Shown: positions 36,389-46,032, numbered from the stretch's first letter. The stretch is DNA of 64,000 nucleotides from an uncultured Holophagales bacterium (GCA_963842525.1 CAWJGT010000003.1:1792001-1856000); one strand, 5' to 3'. Notes: generated from the letters alone by a model not told the origin. Numbers and translations: made by a program.

Positions 36389-36899
36389 ATGGCTGCTCCA
36401 CTGTTCACTGTCAATGCGCACCGTTCCGACCCATATCGGACGTTCAAGTTTCAGGTCATCATCGACGGCAAGGTCGTCGCCGGCCTGCGCAAGATGGGCG
36501 CCCTCAAGAAGAAGACCGAACCGGTCAAGTGGCGCTCTTCCAACGACCCGTCGCACGAGCGGATCATGCCCGGCGGCACCAGCTATGAGCCGGTGACGCT
36601 GGAGCAGGGTCTGACGCACGACCCGGTGTTCGAGGCCTGGGCAAACCTGGTCAACAACATCGAGGGCGACGGTGCGGTCTCGCTCAAGAACTACCGCAAG
36701 GACATCGTCATCAACGTCCTGAACCTCCAGGGCCAGGTGGCGATCTCGTACAAGCTGTTCCGGGCGTGGATCTCGGACTACCAGGCGCTGCCCGATCTGG
36801 ACGCCGGCAACATGAACACGGTCGGCATTCAGAGCGATCACCCTGCAGCACGAGGGCTGGCAGCGCGACGGCAGCGTGGCGGAGCCGACGGAGAGCTAG
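36389..36899 (+). CDS. Tail tube protein (T4 gp19-like, Afp1/5-like); frameshift near 36835
   Basis: RSDPYRTFKF, MPGGTSYEPVTLEQGLTHD..FEAWA, YQALPDLDA. The shifted frame ends ITLQHEGWQRDGSVAEPTES*. Confidence 0.92.
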
Positions 36900-36902
36900 T
36901 CG

Positions 36903-37696
36903 ATGCTGCCCGGCGGACTCTGGCATCAGGGGGAGCGGCTCCGCGACTGGTCCTTCGCGCCTCTCACAGGCGCGGTGGAGCTGGCGATCGCGGAGGCCGC
37001 TCGCGGGGTGGGGAGCCTCCCCCAGCGGGTCACGGCGGTGCTGTCCGCCGCGCTGGGGGAGCTTGGAGGGGAGGTGGTGAGCCCCGAGGCGGTGCGCTCC
37101 CTCTGCGTCGCCGACCGGCAGTTCCTCATGCGGCAGCTCGCCGTCGTGCTCGGGGTGGGGGACGACTGGATGGCTGCATCGTGCAAGCGGTGCGGGAGCG
37201 CGTTCGAACGTGCCGATCCGCCATGCGGAGCTGCCGGTCAAGCCGGCGGGGCAGGGCTATCCGTTCGCGGAGGCCGAGACGAGCCTCGGTCCCTTGCGGC
37301 TGCGGGTCGCCACCGGCGCCGATCAGGAAGCGGTCGTGCGGATCGAGGACCCGGCGGAGGCCCGGCGCAAGCTCGCCCGGCGCTGCCTGGTCGAGCCGTC
37401 CGCCGGCAACCTTTCGGACGAAGATTTGGACCGGATCGACGCGGCGCTCGAGGAGGTCTCGCCGGAGCTCGTCGACACAGGCGCAGGTGGCCTGCGTCGA
37501 CTGCGGCAGCCCGAGCGAGCTGTTCCTCGATCCCTACGTCTGCCTCTCGCGGGCCAGCACGGAGATCTACTCGGATATCCACGTGCTCGCCTCCGTCTAC
37601 CACTGGAGCGAGCGGGAGATCCTGGGCCTGCCACGCGAGAGGCGCCAACTGTACATGGCCCTGGTCGACAGGGCGCGAGGAATAACGGCGGACTGA
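36903..37696 (+). CDS. eCIS baseplate/tail assembly chaperone-like protein with two CxxC motifs; frameshifts ~37210 and ~37478
   Basis: LCVADRQFL, CKRCG, LRVATGADQEAV, CVDCG, and C-terminal IHVLASVYHWSEREILGLPRERRQLY typical of post-tube eCIS genes. Confidence 0.72.
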
Positions 37697-37723
37697 GGTC
37701 CGCTGCAACAAGGAGACGAAGCC

Positions 37724-39338
37724 GTGGGTTACCTGGCCGATGTAGTCGCCGACAGCCGCTCGCGGGGGACTCATGCCCCCATGCCGGAGGCTGCCGTGCC
37801 GGGGCTGGAGCCCGCGGAAGGAGAGGTCCTGGCGCCGGAGGAGATCACCGATCCCTTCCTGGACGCCGGGCCTCTCGTCAACGATCGGGCTGGGGCCGGG
37901 GTGGTGGGCTCATGGCCGCTGGAAGACCCGGCGGCCGCCGTCCGTAAGGAGGCAACCCCTTCTCCTCTGCGGGAAGACCGGAGAGTGGCTACGGGGGAGG
38001 CGAAATCCGAAAGGTGGAAGGGTCGTGAGGTCGGCGCTTCGGTGTCACCTCTTTTATCGGCTCCAACTGCTCGTAGGCAAGTACCCGAGCTCGCAAGTGA
38101 AGTCGCAGGACTCGTGGAGAGACCACAGGAGACCGCCACCCCGCCCCATCCGAATTTTGAACCTCACCCCCTGTCCCCCTCTCCCATCGCCCCCCCTGCC
38201 GCCGGGAGAGGGGGGACGCAGGCGGAGGCTTTGCGGGACAGGGAGCTCATTCGCTGATTCCAGGGACGTTGCCCCGACGCGCCCTCACCCCGGGTTGACA
38301 CCCGGGGCTACCCAGTTCCGCCCTCCGGGCTCCGGAATGCCCGGCTCTGGCGAGCCCGGAGGGCGCCATTCGGTAGCCCCGGGTGTCAACCCGGGGCGAG
38401 GGTCCCATGATCCCTTGGCCGCTGACCATGTGACCGATCTCGACGCAGGGGTGGGGCGCGGGCAGAGTCCTCACCCCCTGTCCCCCTCTCCCATCTCCCT
38501 TCCATCCCCCGCCGGGAGAGGGGGGACGCAGGCGGAGCGGCTGGGAGATACCACTCACTCTCTTGGAGCTGGGGCTGACAGAGGAGACGGAGGCCGGCGC
38601 GCTGAAGATCTACGAGGGGGTGGGCAGGGGGAAAAGCCCCAACGGGGCGCCGGCATAAAGCCTGGGGTTTCAACCCCAGGACAGCGGTCCGATTCCATCC
38701 CAAGCCCCGAAGGGGCGACGGCAGGGCAGCGGGGTTCTAACCCCGCGGGCGCGGCCCCGCCCGGGCATGAAGTGCCCGGGCTAGGAACGGCGCCGGGTGA
38801 ACCCGGCTTGAAGCCCCATTCATGGGGCGCTGTTGCTAGCCCGGCGACTTCATCGCCGGGCGGGATTGGCTCCCGAGAGCTCCCGGAGGACCCTCTCCCC
38901 CTGGCCCCCTCTCCCGTGCGTCCCCCGGCCCTCCACCCCGAACGGGAGAGGGGGAACGCTGTGGTGGCTGGTGGGGATGAGCCGACCGCAAGCGGCAAGG
39001 CCGTTTTCGCAGAGCCCGTCCCGCCGCGGCAGGACGGGGGGGTGGGAGCCTGGGACCGCGGGCGTCTCGCCCGCCCAGAGCCGAGCCGACAGCTTCAGCA
39101 CCGATCAGCGCCACCGCTGCCGCCCACCCAGGCCCTGTCCCTTCCTTCCTTGCCTCCTCTCGCCCGCCGGGCGGAGCGAGGCCAGGGAAGGGAGTCCCAG
39201 GCACCGCGCGTCAGCATCGGGACCCTCGAAGTCGTCATCACCGTGCCCGAGCCCACCGTTCCCCAGGAGGCTCCGGCCGCGCCACCTCCGAGCGCCGGCG
39301 AGTCGTTCGCCAGCCGTTTCTATCTGAGATCTCTGTAA
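37724..39338 (+). CDS. Low-complexity eCIS-associated protein, riddled with palindromic repeats and split by a stop/frameshift at ~38257
   Basis: N-terminus MGYLADVVADSR with RBS; C-terminus PRVSIGTLEVVI...FASRFYLRSL directly before the DUF4255 gene. The middle is largely translated REP sequence. Confidence 0.55.
38162..38227. repeat. CCTCACCCCCTGTCCCCCTCTCCC...GGGAGAGGGGGGACGCAGGCGGAG palindromic element
   Basis: Near-identical second copy at 38469-38537 and a related copy at 38891-38954. Confidence 0.8.
38288..38396. repeat. GTAG-type REP doublet (REPIN-like hairpin)
   Basis: Perfect 25-bp inverted repeat (38288-38312 / 38372-38396, GGTAGCCCCGGGTGTCAACCCGGGG) plus an inner 14-bp IR (38319-38332 / 38352-38365). 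Confidence 0.8.
38634..38820. repeat. REP cluster (AGCCCC.AAGGGGC / ATAAAGCCTGGGGTTTCAACCCCAGG family)
   Basis: Several short palindromes; the same family appears in reverse complement at 53706-53750. Confidence 0.7.
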
Positions 39339-39359
39339 GCGCCCCGGGAGTTTTCGCTC

Positions 39360-39920
39360 ATGCCGCTTCCTCTCTCGTCCCTGTCGCGCGTGTGCCGGTA
39401 CGTGGCCGACTTCGTCGGCTCCGAGCTGGAGGCGAGCACGCACTCGGTCCGCGTGCTGATCGGCTCTCCGGCCGAGGCGGCCAAGGATGCCGAGACCGAG
39501 CACCGTATCAATCTGTTTTTCTATCTGATCGAACCGTCCGGCTTCGGCTTTGGCATGGCCCCGGGCGAGACCTGGCTGCTGCGCCTGCACTGCCTGATCA
39601 CGGCCTTTGGCGCCGCAGAAAGCCCGGTCAGCTCGGGGGAGAACGACCTGCGGCTGCTCGGCGAGGTCCTGCGCGCCTTCCACGAAAATCCGGTCCTTCC
39701 GCCGCTCGACATCGATGGCTCTACCGTGCGGATGCAGGCGGTTTTCGAGCCCCTCACCCTCGACCAAATCAATCACATCTGGTCGACCCAGGGGGACGTC
39801 ACCTACCGTCCGTCGGTCGGCTATGAGATGACCCTGCTGCCGGTCATACCGAAGACGCCGGCGGTGGCGAGCCCGCTCGTCGCCGCGATCGACGTCAGCG
39901 TCCATGCGGAGGAGCCATGA
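39360..39920 (+). CDS. DUF4255 / Afp16-Pvc16-like tail cap (terminator) protein
   Basis: INLFFYLIEP, LHCLITAFG, LLGEVLRAFHENPVL, IWST....YRPSVGYE; position directly before the AAA+ ATPase. Confidence 0.85.
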   Translation: MPLPLSSLSRVCRYVADFVGSELEASTHSVRVLIGSPAEAAKDAETEHRINLFFYLIEPSGFGFGMAPGETWLLRLHCLITAFGAAESPVSSGENDLRLLGEVLRAFHENPVLPPLDIDGSTVRMQAVFEPLTLDQINHIWSTQGDVTYRPSVGYEMTLLPVIPKTPAVASPLVAAIDVSVHAEEP

Positions 39921-41260
39921 GCGCCTGGGCACTGGGCGTCGAGCCGGAGAACGCCATCCTCGCGCGGCCGGAGCTGCTGCGCGCCGAGTGGGAGCGCATC
40001 GAGCTGCTCGGCCACTGCCTCGACCAGTCGCGGCGCGGTCAGGAGGTCGGGAAAGAGGTCATCTCGCGCCTCCAGGGCCTCCAGTCGGAGGTGCAGCAGT
40101 CGCGGCCGGATGCCTGGCGGATCGTCGATGCGCCCGACCTCGCGCCGCATGAGTACGACCTGCTGGCCTGCGCGGTGGCTCCCGAGGCCGAGCCCCGGCT
40201 CGGATGGCTCTTCCAGAGCCTCCAGCCCGGCGCACCGCAGCCCTATCCGACCCCTGCCTTCGTCCACGACCTGCTGGCCATGGACTCCCTGGAGGCGAAT
40301 ACGCTCTATGAAGCGCTCGCCGACGGCGGCAGGCTGCGCCAGCGCAACCTGATCCGCGTGGACGGGGAGGACCCCTACCAGCCGATCCGGCCCGGTCCGG
40401 GGATTGCCGCCCGCCTGCTTGGCCGTCAGGGAGGCGATGCGGCCCCGCCCGGCGCCGTCAAGGTCACCGCGCGGCCGGCCTGGGACGACCTCGTGCTGCC
40501 GCAGTCCCACCTCGCCATGCTGCGCGAGCTGCTGCTCTGGGTGCAGCACCGGCGCATCGTTGTCGAAGAGTGGGGTGGCGGCGAGGTCGGCGGACCGATC
40601 GCGCTCTTCGCCGGCCCGTCGGGCACCGGCAAGACCTTCGCTTCGGCGGTGCTCGCCGCCGAGCTCGGCTGGCCGCTCTATCGGGTCGACCTCGGCCAGC
40701 TCGTCAGCAAGTACATCGGCGAGACCGAAAAGAACCTGAACCGCCTCTTCGACGCCGCACACGGCCGGCCCATGGTCCTGCAGTTCGACGAGGCGGACAG
40801 CCTCTTCGGCAAGCGCGGCGAGATCAAGGAGGCGCGCGACCGCTACGCCAACCTGGAGGTCAACCACCTGCTGGCGCGCATCGAATCGCACCGCGGCCCC
40901 TGCATCCTGACCTCCAACCTGCGTCGCAACATGGACCAGGCCTTCGCGCGGCGCTTCCAGGTCGTGGTCGACTTCCCGCGCCCGGACGCCGAGTCGCGCT
41001 CACGCCTCTGGGCCCGCCTGCTGCCTCCGCGCGCCCCCCGCGCGGCGGACGTCGATCCCGAGTTTCTTGGCCTGGCGGCCAACCTGACCGGCGGCGGCAT
41101 CCGCAACGCCGCCCTCCACGCCGCCTACCTGGCAGCCGGGGCGGGCACGCCGATCACCCTGGCGCACGTGACCCTGGCGGTCTGGCGCGAGCTGGGCAAG
41201 GACGGCCGCGAGCTGTCGCGTACCGACCTCGGGCCGCTGGCGCCGTACCTGGCGGAATAG
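39917..41260 (+). CDS. eCIS AAA+ ATPase (Afp15/Pvc15-like)
   Basis: WDDLVLP, GPSGTGKT, VDLGQLVSKYIGETEKNL, FDEADSLFGKR, DRYANLEVNHLL, DQAFARRF. Confidence 0.93.
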   Translation: MSAWALGVEPENAILARPELLRAEWERIELLGHCLDQSRRGQEVGKEVISRLQGLQSEVQQSRPDAWRIVDAPDLAPHEYDLLACAVAPEAEPRLGWLFQSLQPGAPQPYPTPAFVHDLLAMDSLEANTLYEALADGGRLRQRNLIRVDGEDPYQPIRPGPGIAARLLGRQGGDAAPPGAVKVTARPAWDDLVLPQSHLAMLRELLLWVQHRRIVVEEWGGGEVGGPIALFAGPSGTGKTFASAVLAAELGWPLYRVDLGQLVSKYIGETEKNLNRLFDAAHGRPMVLQFDEADSLFGKRGEIKEARDRYANLEVNHLLARIESHRGPCILTSNLRRNMDQAFARRFQVVVDFPRPDAESRSRLWARLLPPRAPRAADVDPEFLGLAANLTGGGIRNAALHAAYLAAGAGTPITLAHVTLAVWRELGKDGRELSRTDLGPLAPYLAE

Positions 41261-41263
41261 GCC

Positions 41264-41500
41264 ATGTGGTCCATCGAGCGGCTGCGCCTGGAGCTGCCGG
41301 CCGGCTTCGAGCACCGGGCTGGGAGGATCGCGCAGCTCCTGGCGCGGGAGCTGGAGGCGATCGCCGTGCCGGGAGACCTGCGTCTCCAGGAGCTGAAGCT
41401 GCCGCCGCTCGAAATCGACCCTGCCGCGGGCGATGGCGAGATCGCCTGGCAGATCGCCCGCGGCATGGCCCAAAGCATCAGTGACAGAGGCCGCCGGTAG
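41264..41500 (+). CDS. Small hypothetical protein following the eCIS ATPase
   Basis: 78 aa, starts 4 bp after the ATPase stop; IERLRL..P...QIARGM pattern. Confidence 0.65.
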   Translation: MWSIERLRLELPAGFEHRAGRIAQLLARELEAIAVPGDLRLQELKLPPLEIDPAAGDGEIAWQIARGMAQSISDRGRR

Positions 41501-41546
41501 CAAGAGTAGAATGGGAGGAAACCATGACCGCGTGAGGAGGTTTGCG

Positions 41547-42377
41547 ATGAAAGGAACCGCAGTCTTTCCCGCCGTGCTCCTTCTGGCCCTGACGGCCCAC
41601 CCTTCCCAGGCGTCCGTTGTCGCCAAGCTGACGTTCAACGGTGCCGGAACCGCGGCGCCCGTCGTCGTCCCCCTCAATATAGGCAACGTGCCGCTCGGCA
41701 CGATCGTGGACATCAACCTGGAGCTCTGCTTCAAGCAGCCGGCTTCGCCGCAGGGTTCCTGCGACCAGAGCGGAACGGTGAGCCTGGAAGAGCAACTCGC
41801 CCCACCGTTTTTCTTCGTCGCAGCGTTCCGCGAAGCCCTGGCAACGGGGGCGACGACACCGGTCAGCTTCCCCGTCACCCTCGCGGCAGGGCAGCGCCTG
41901 ATCGTGCTCAGCCACTGGGTTCCCGACCGGATCGGTTCAGTCACCGACTCCCTGGTGCTGCAAGGCTCCTCGGGCGCCGACACCGATATCTTCCGTGTCG
42001 ACCTCACAGGGTCGGGCGTGCCCTCCGGGGCATGTGTGCCGAGCTCTCAGGCGCTTTGTCTCGGCAACGGCCGCTTCAAGGTGCAGTCGGATTTTCTGAG
42101 CTCGACGGACTCGGAGGCGGCGCGGGGGGGCGAACTGACCGACGACACCGGGTATCTCTATTTCTTCAGCCCATCGAACGTCGAGGCAGTGGTCAAGGTG
42201 CTCAACGCCTGCTCGTTCAACAACCGGTTCTGGGTCTTCGCCGGCGGTTTGACCGATGTGCGCACCGTGATCAGCGTCACCGACACGCAACGAAATGTCG
42301 TCAAGACCTATATCAACCCCCAAGGGACGCCATTCCGGCCAATCCAGGACACCGGCGCCTTCGCTACCTGTCCGTGA
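41547..42377 (+). CDS. Secreted protein: signal peptide, Ig-like region and C-terminal 'LCLGNGRFKV' Cys-containing domain (passenger in the eCIS locus)
   Basis: GAGGAGG RBS; MKGTAVFPAVLLLALTAHPSQA signal; CVPSSQALCLGNGRFKV...DDTGYLYFFSPSNVEAVVKVLNAC..NNRFWVFAGGLTDV...IQDTGAFATCP. Confidence 0.8.
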   Translation: MKGTAVFPAVLLLALTAHPSQASVVAKLTFNGAGTAAPVVVPLNIGNVPLGTIVDINLELCFKQPASPQGSCDQSGTVSLEEQLAPPFFFVAAFREALATGATTPVSFPVTLAAGQRLIVLSHWVPDRIGSVTDSLVLQGSSGADTDIFRVDLTGSGVPSGACVPSSQALCLGNGRFKVQSDFLSSTDSEAARGGELTDDTGYLYFFSPSNVEAVVKVLNACSFNNRFWVFAGGLTDVRTVISVTDTQRNVVKTYINPQGTPFRPIQDTGAFATCP

Positions 42378-42407
42378 GGCCGGCTTCCAAAACGAGCGCC
42401 GGGGGGG

Positions 42408-42434
42408 TGAGGGTCCCCGGCGGCCGTGAGCGTT
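42408..42434 (+). promoter_or_regulatory. TGAGGG-N17-CGTT motif copy 2
   Basis: TGAGGG 42408-42413, CGTT 42431-42434; followed by CCTGTCGGCGGAGAGG shared with copy 3. Confidence 0.7.
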
Positions 42435-42464
42435 CCTGTCGGCGGAGAGGAGAACGAAGCCGAC

Positions 42465-43115
42465 ATGATGCTCAACCTGACCAAGGCCGCCTTGATCGAA
42501 TATGCGCTCTCCGTTCCGCCGCTCGCGCTGGTCTTCGACCTCAACCCGGAGAGCCTGACGCGCACGCGCACGGTCACCCTGCGCAACGGCGGGACGAACG
42601 CCACCCGTGGCGGCTATGACTTCAAGCTGCCCACCGAGACCCCCCGCGCTGCGCTGGGGATCGCCGTGCAGCCCGAGATTTTCAGCATCGAGGTCCTGTT
42701 CAACGCCACCGACCGCATGAACGACGGTGATCCGCAGGCTTCGGTCCTGGGCATCCAGCCCGAGCTCGACACCCTGCGCACCATGGTCGAGCCGAAGTCG
42801 CAGGGACCGGGCGGGTTCCAGATGCTCGCCAGCCTGGGCCTGGGCGGTCAGCGCGCGTTCCAGCGCCAACAGTCGGCCTCGGTGCTGCTGTTCGTCTGGG
42901 GCACCCACCTGCTGCCCGTCTTCCTGACCAGCGTGCGGGTGACCGAGAAGGCCCACCTGCCGTCGCTCGTCCCCTACCGCGCCAACGTCGCCCTGCAGAT
43001 GCAGGTCATCGAGGGGAACAACCCCTTCTACACCGTGGAGAAGGTCCGCCAGGTGGCGAGCGCGGCGGTCAACACCGGGCGCGCCGCCGGCGTCATCGTG
43101 GGAGGGCTCTTCTGA
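42465..43115 (+). CDS. CIS tube-initiator-like protein (Afp7 N-terminal part)
   Basis: FDLNPESLTRTR, LGIQPELDTLRTMV, VLLFVWG..LLPVFLTSVRVTE....LVPYRA pattern; precedes the LysM and hub genes. Confidence 0.78.
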   Translation: MMLNLTKAALIEYALSVPPLALVFDLNPESLTRTRTVTLRNGGTNATRGGYDFKLPTETPRAALGIAVQPEIFSIEVLFNATDRMNDGDPQASVLGIQPELDTLRTMVEPKSQGPGGFQMLASLGLGGQRAFQRQQSASVLLFVWGTHLLPVFLTSVRVTEKAHLPSLVPYRANVALQMQVIEGNNPFYTVEKVRQVASAAVNTGRAAGVIVGGLF

Positions 43116-43405
43116 TGTTCCTCAAGGGATCGCGCTACGAAGGGAGCCGCCCGTTCGCGCCGGCGCCGGCCGGCCGCGCCACCTTCCCCGGCGTGCGTCC
43201 GCGCGAGGTCGAGACGCTGGCCGGCGTGGTCGAGCACATCGTGCGCAGCGGCGACCGGCTCGACCTGCTGGCCCGCCACTACTACAACGACGACCGCCTC
43301 TGGTGGCGGATCGTGGACGCCAACCCGGACATCCTCTTCGCCGGCGATCTGCTCGACCGGGAGATGGAAGGGCAGGTCATCCTGATCCCGCGGGGGAGGA
43401 GCTGA
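43115..43405 (+). CDS. LysM-type baseplate/tail X protein
   Basis: SRY, HIVRSGDRLDLLARHYYNDDRLWWRIVDANP, ILIP. Confidence 0.88.
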   Translation: MFLKGSRYEGSRPFAPAPAGRATFPGVRPREVETLAGVVEHIVRSGDRLDLLARHYYNDDRLWWRIVDANPDILFAGDLLDREMEGQVILIPRGRS

Positions 43406-43408
43406 GCC

Positions 43409-44564
43409 GTGTCCTTCGGCCTCCTCTCCGAGCAGCACCGGGAGCCGGCGAGCTGCGTCATCAAGGTCGGCGTCGCCGGGCTGGAGATCGGCGACCTCTA
43501 CCCCCATCTCACTGAAGTCCTGGTCGAGCACAGCCGGCACGGCGCCTGGACGGCGGCGCTCACCTTCCAGTCACGGCGCGACGAGCAGGGGCATTGGCTG
43601 GTGCAGGATGCGGGCGTCTTCGCTCCCTGGGAGCCGATCGTCCTTGCCGCCGCCTTCGCCAGCAGCACGGAGGAGATCCTGCGCGGCTATGTGCGCGAGG
43701 TGCAGGCGAGCTATCCGCGGGACCCCGGCGCCGCGGCGGTCGTCGTCCACTGCCAGGACGAGTCGCTCGCCCTCGACCGCGAGCATGTGCGGAAGACCTG
43801 GGGTACCGCCGAGGTACCGACGAGCGACTCCCTGATCCTCCTGGAGATCCTGGGCAAGCACAACCTGGCCCCGCACCCGCTCTCCGGCCAGGGGCTCTCG
43901 GGGCTCGTCCTCTACCAGGACGGCACGGACGCCGCCTTTCTGCGCGCGCGCGCCGAGGCCAACGGCTATGAGCTCGTCTTCAGCGAAGGGATGGTCTATT
44001 TCGGCCCCATGCGCCTGCAGGGGGAGCCGCAGCCGGCCATCCTGGTCTATGCCGGCCCCGGCACCCACTGCCTCGACCTCAAGGTGACCGTCGACGGCCA
44101 CCAGCCGGAGAAGATCTCCTATCAGGTGGCCGCCGCCGAAGGGACGTCGACCGAGGAAGCAGACGGTCGAGCCCGACCTGCCGCTGCTCGGCCTCGAGCC
44201 GGCCGCGGGCGGCGGCCCGGGCCTCAAGGACTTCGTCTGGCGGCTGCGCCGGACCGGCACGGCGAGCGACGAGGAGCTGCAGGCGCGCGCCCTCGGCAAG
44301 GCCAACGAGCTGGCCCTGCGCGTCCACGCCGACGGCGAGCTCGACGGCACCCTCTACGGCCAGGTGCTGCGCGTCGGCGAGACCGTCGCCCTCGACGGCG
44401 TGGGGGAGAGGCTCAACGGCCTCTACTACGTCGACCGCGTCACCCATCGCTTCACGTCCAGCGGCTATCACCAGGCCTTCCGGCTGCTGCGCAACGCCTA
44501 TGGAGACAACGTGCCGGGAGGGGGCGCGCTCGGCGCGATTTCGTCGGCGGTCGCTCTGCTCTGA
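43409..44564 (+). CDS. Baseplate hub / phage late-control D (gp27-like, VgrG N-part); frameshift ~44160
   Basis: QDGTDAAFLRARAEANGY; shifted frame ADGELDGTLYGQVLRVGETV..DGVG..LNGLYYVDRVTH....YHQAFRLLRNA. Confidence 0.85.
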
Positions 44565-44713
44565 GTCTCGCAGAGCACGAAGACGCCGTGCGTGTAGGGC
44601 GGGTCGAAGTCGTTGGTCGCCTGGGCGAGGTCGAACCAGAGGTCCCAGGCGCGGTCCAGCTCCTCCCGGGTCATGTCCTTGAGATTGAGGTCATCCTCAC
44701 TGAGCAGCTCCAT
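44498..44713 (-). CDS. Small acidic protein, translationally coupled to the upstream nucleotidyltransferase-like gene
   Basis: MELLSEDDLNLKDMTREELDRAWDLWFDLAQATND...YTHGVF; GGAGG RBS inside the end of the previous gene. Confidence 0.6.
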   Translation of the reverse strand: MELLSEDDLNLKDMTREELDRAWDLWFDLAQATNDFDPPYTHGVFVLCETQSRATADEIAPSAPPPGTLSP

Positions 44714-45511
44714 GCTCGTCCTCCATGCCGAGAGGCCTGAGGGGATTATTGGGCAGCAAGCGCTGCGCGAGATCGCAGAGACGCCGATGCGCCTCCTGCA
44801 GGTCGAGGTCGCCGATCCGGGCGGCCTGGAATTCCCGGAGATATGCCTCGGACGCCGCCTTGTATCGATCGAGCCTTGCCCGATCCACCTGCTGAAGGCG
44901 GTCGGCCTCCCGGGCGAGCTCGACCACGACCGCCTCACGCGATCCTCCGGCCAGGACAGCCTGGACCGCAGGACGCCGCGAGCGCTGGCCGTGCAGGGGG
45001 GCCAAGGTGAGGATGCGGTCCGGGTCGGTCGTGAGCTCCATCTCCCGCTCGGGAGGAAGGAGACGGGCCAGCTCGCCGATCACCGGATAATCCTTCGCCC
45101 GCTGAGTCTGTTTCATGTGGATGAGCGGCTCGACATCCAGGACGAGCAGGTCTCGCGGGGATTCCCCGGCATCGAACAGACGAGCGACCTCTTCGGGCGA
45201 CACCCGGGGCGGACGAGAGAGAAGTCGCAGCGGATCCTCCGGCGCTGGGAGTCCGTGAGCTCGAAGTGGCTCGACCAGCCGCCGGCCAGCCAGCGGACAT
45301 CGAGAGGCGCTCCGGGACGGTACCGGGCCCCATACCGTTGAAGAACGGCGAGCACCCGGCTACAGGCCTCCGGGGTTTCCCGCACGATCCAATCGCCATC
45401 CTTGCTCATCATGGCGATCTGGTAGTACACGACCGCCTGCCCGGAGGTGAGCGCCACGACAGTCCCTTCAGCATTGAGCTCTTCCGTCAGGTCGAAGTAG
45501 ATATTGCTCAT
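44697..45511 (-). CDS. Nucleotidyltransferase-like protein (Pol-beta superfamily, TA-type); frameshift ~45222
   Basis: LTSGQAVVYY..MSKDGDWIV (GS/DxD-like), RCDF, LIHMKQTQRAKDY (K..R.KD motif); GGAGG RBS. Confidence 0.65.
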
Positions 45512-45624
45512 CCCGAGCCTCCCTGAAGAGCATAACGCGGTCGCCTCGGCCCATCAGTGTGTGCCGGTGAGGTACGTCCGGGCGGATGTGGTGGTCGCGG
45601 ACCAGACGTGTTACGGGGATGCTG

Positions 45625-45865
45625 CGCGCGACTGGGACCATGGTGCGCGTGGCCGGCACCACCAGGCGCGTCACGCGGACCGCGTTGCCTGTGACTTGCC
45701 CCGGCAGTGGGCGTCGGGCTTCGCCGTGCGCGCGACAGGCACCATGGTGCGCGTGACCGGCACCACCAGGCGCGTCACACGGACCTCGGTGCCTGTGGCT
45801 GGCCCCGGCAGTGGAGGCCGGGCTTCGCGGTCCGCGCGACTGGCACCACGGTGCGCATGACCGGG
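45625..45865. repeat. ~104-bp tandem repeat (2.3 units) built from ~21-nt subunits
   Basis: Units begin at 45631, 45735 and 45839 (GCGCGAC.GG.ACCA.GGTGCGC.TG.CCGG). Confidence 0.75.
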
Positions 45866-45953
45866 AGCCCGGTCCCTCGGACTTGTCTCCTCCTATGGCC
45901 GGCAGGGGGTGAGGGCTCTGCGCGCCGCTGCACGACTTGCGAGACACCCTTGG

Positions 45954-45980
45954 TGAGGGTCTCCACCCTGCCCGAGCGTT
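45954..45980 (+). promoter_or_regulatory. TGAGGG-N17-CGTT motif copy 3
   Basis: TGAGGG 45954-45959, CGTT 45977-45980; a 23-bp block is identical to copy 2. Confidence 0.7.
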
Positions 45981-46032
45981 CCTGTCGGCGGAGAGGCGAA
46001 CGACGCCGGTATGACCCCGAGAGGGAGGTCCT

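Noticed and set aside
36820-36850. Programmed frameshift in the tube/chaperone region (as in phage tail chaperones)
   Set aside because: No slippery heptamer is seen, and similar indels are scattered throughout the window.
45625-45865. Possible CRISPR array
   Set aside because: Whole units repeat with no unique spacers, and there are no cas genes.
45910-45936. Additional partial motif copies (TGAGGG..CGAC at 45910; TGAGGT..CGAA at 37694)
   Set aside because: The -10 box mismatches; not counted among the five.
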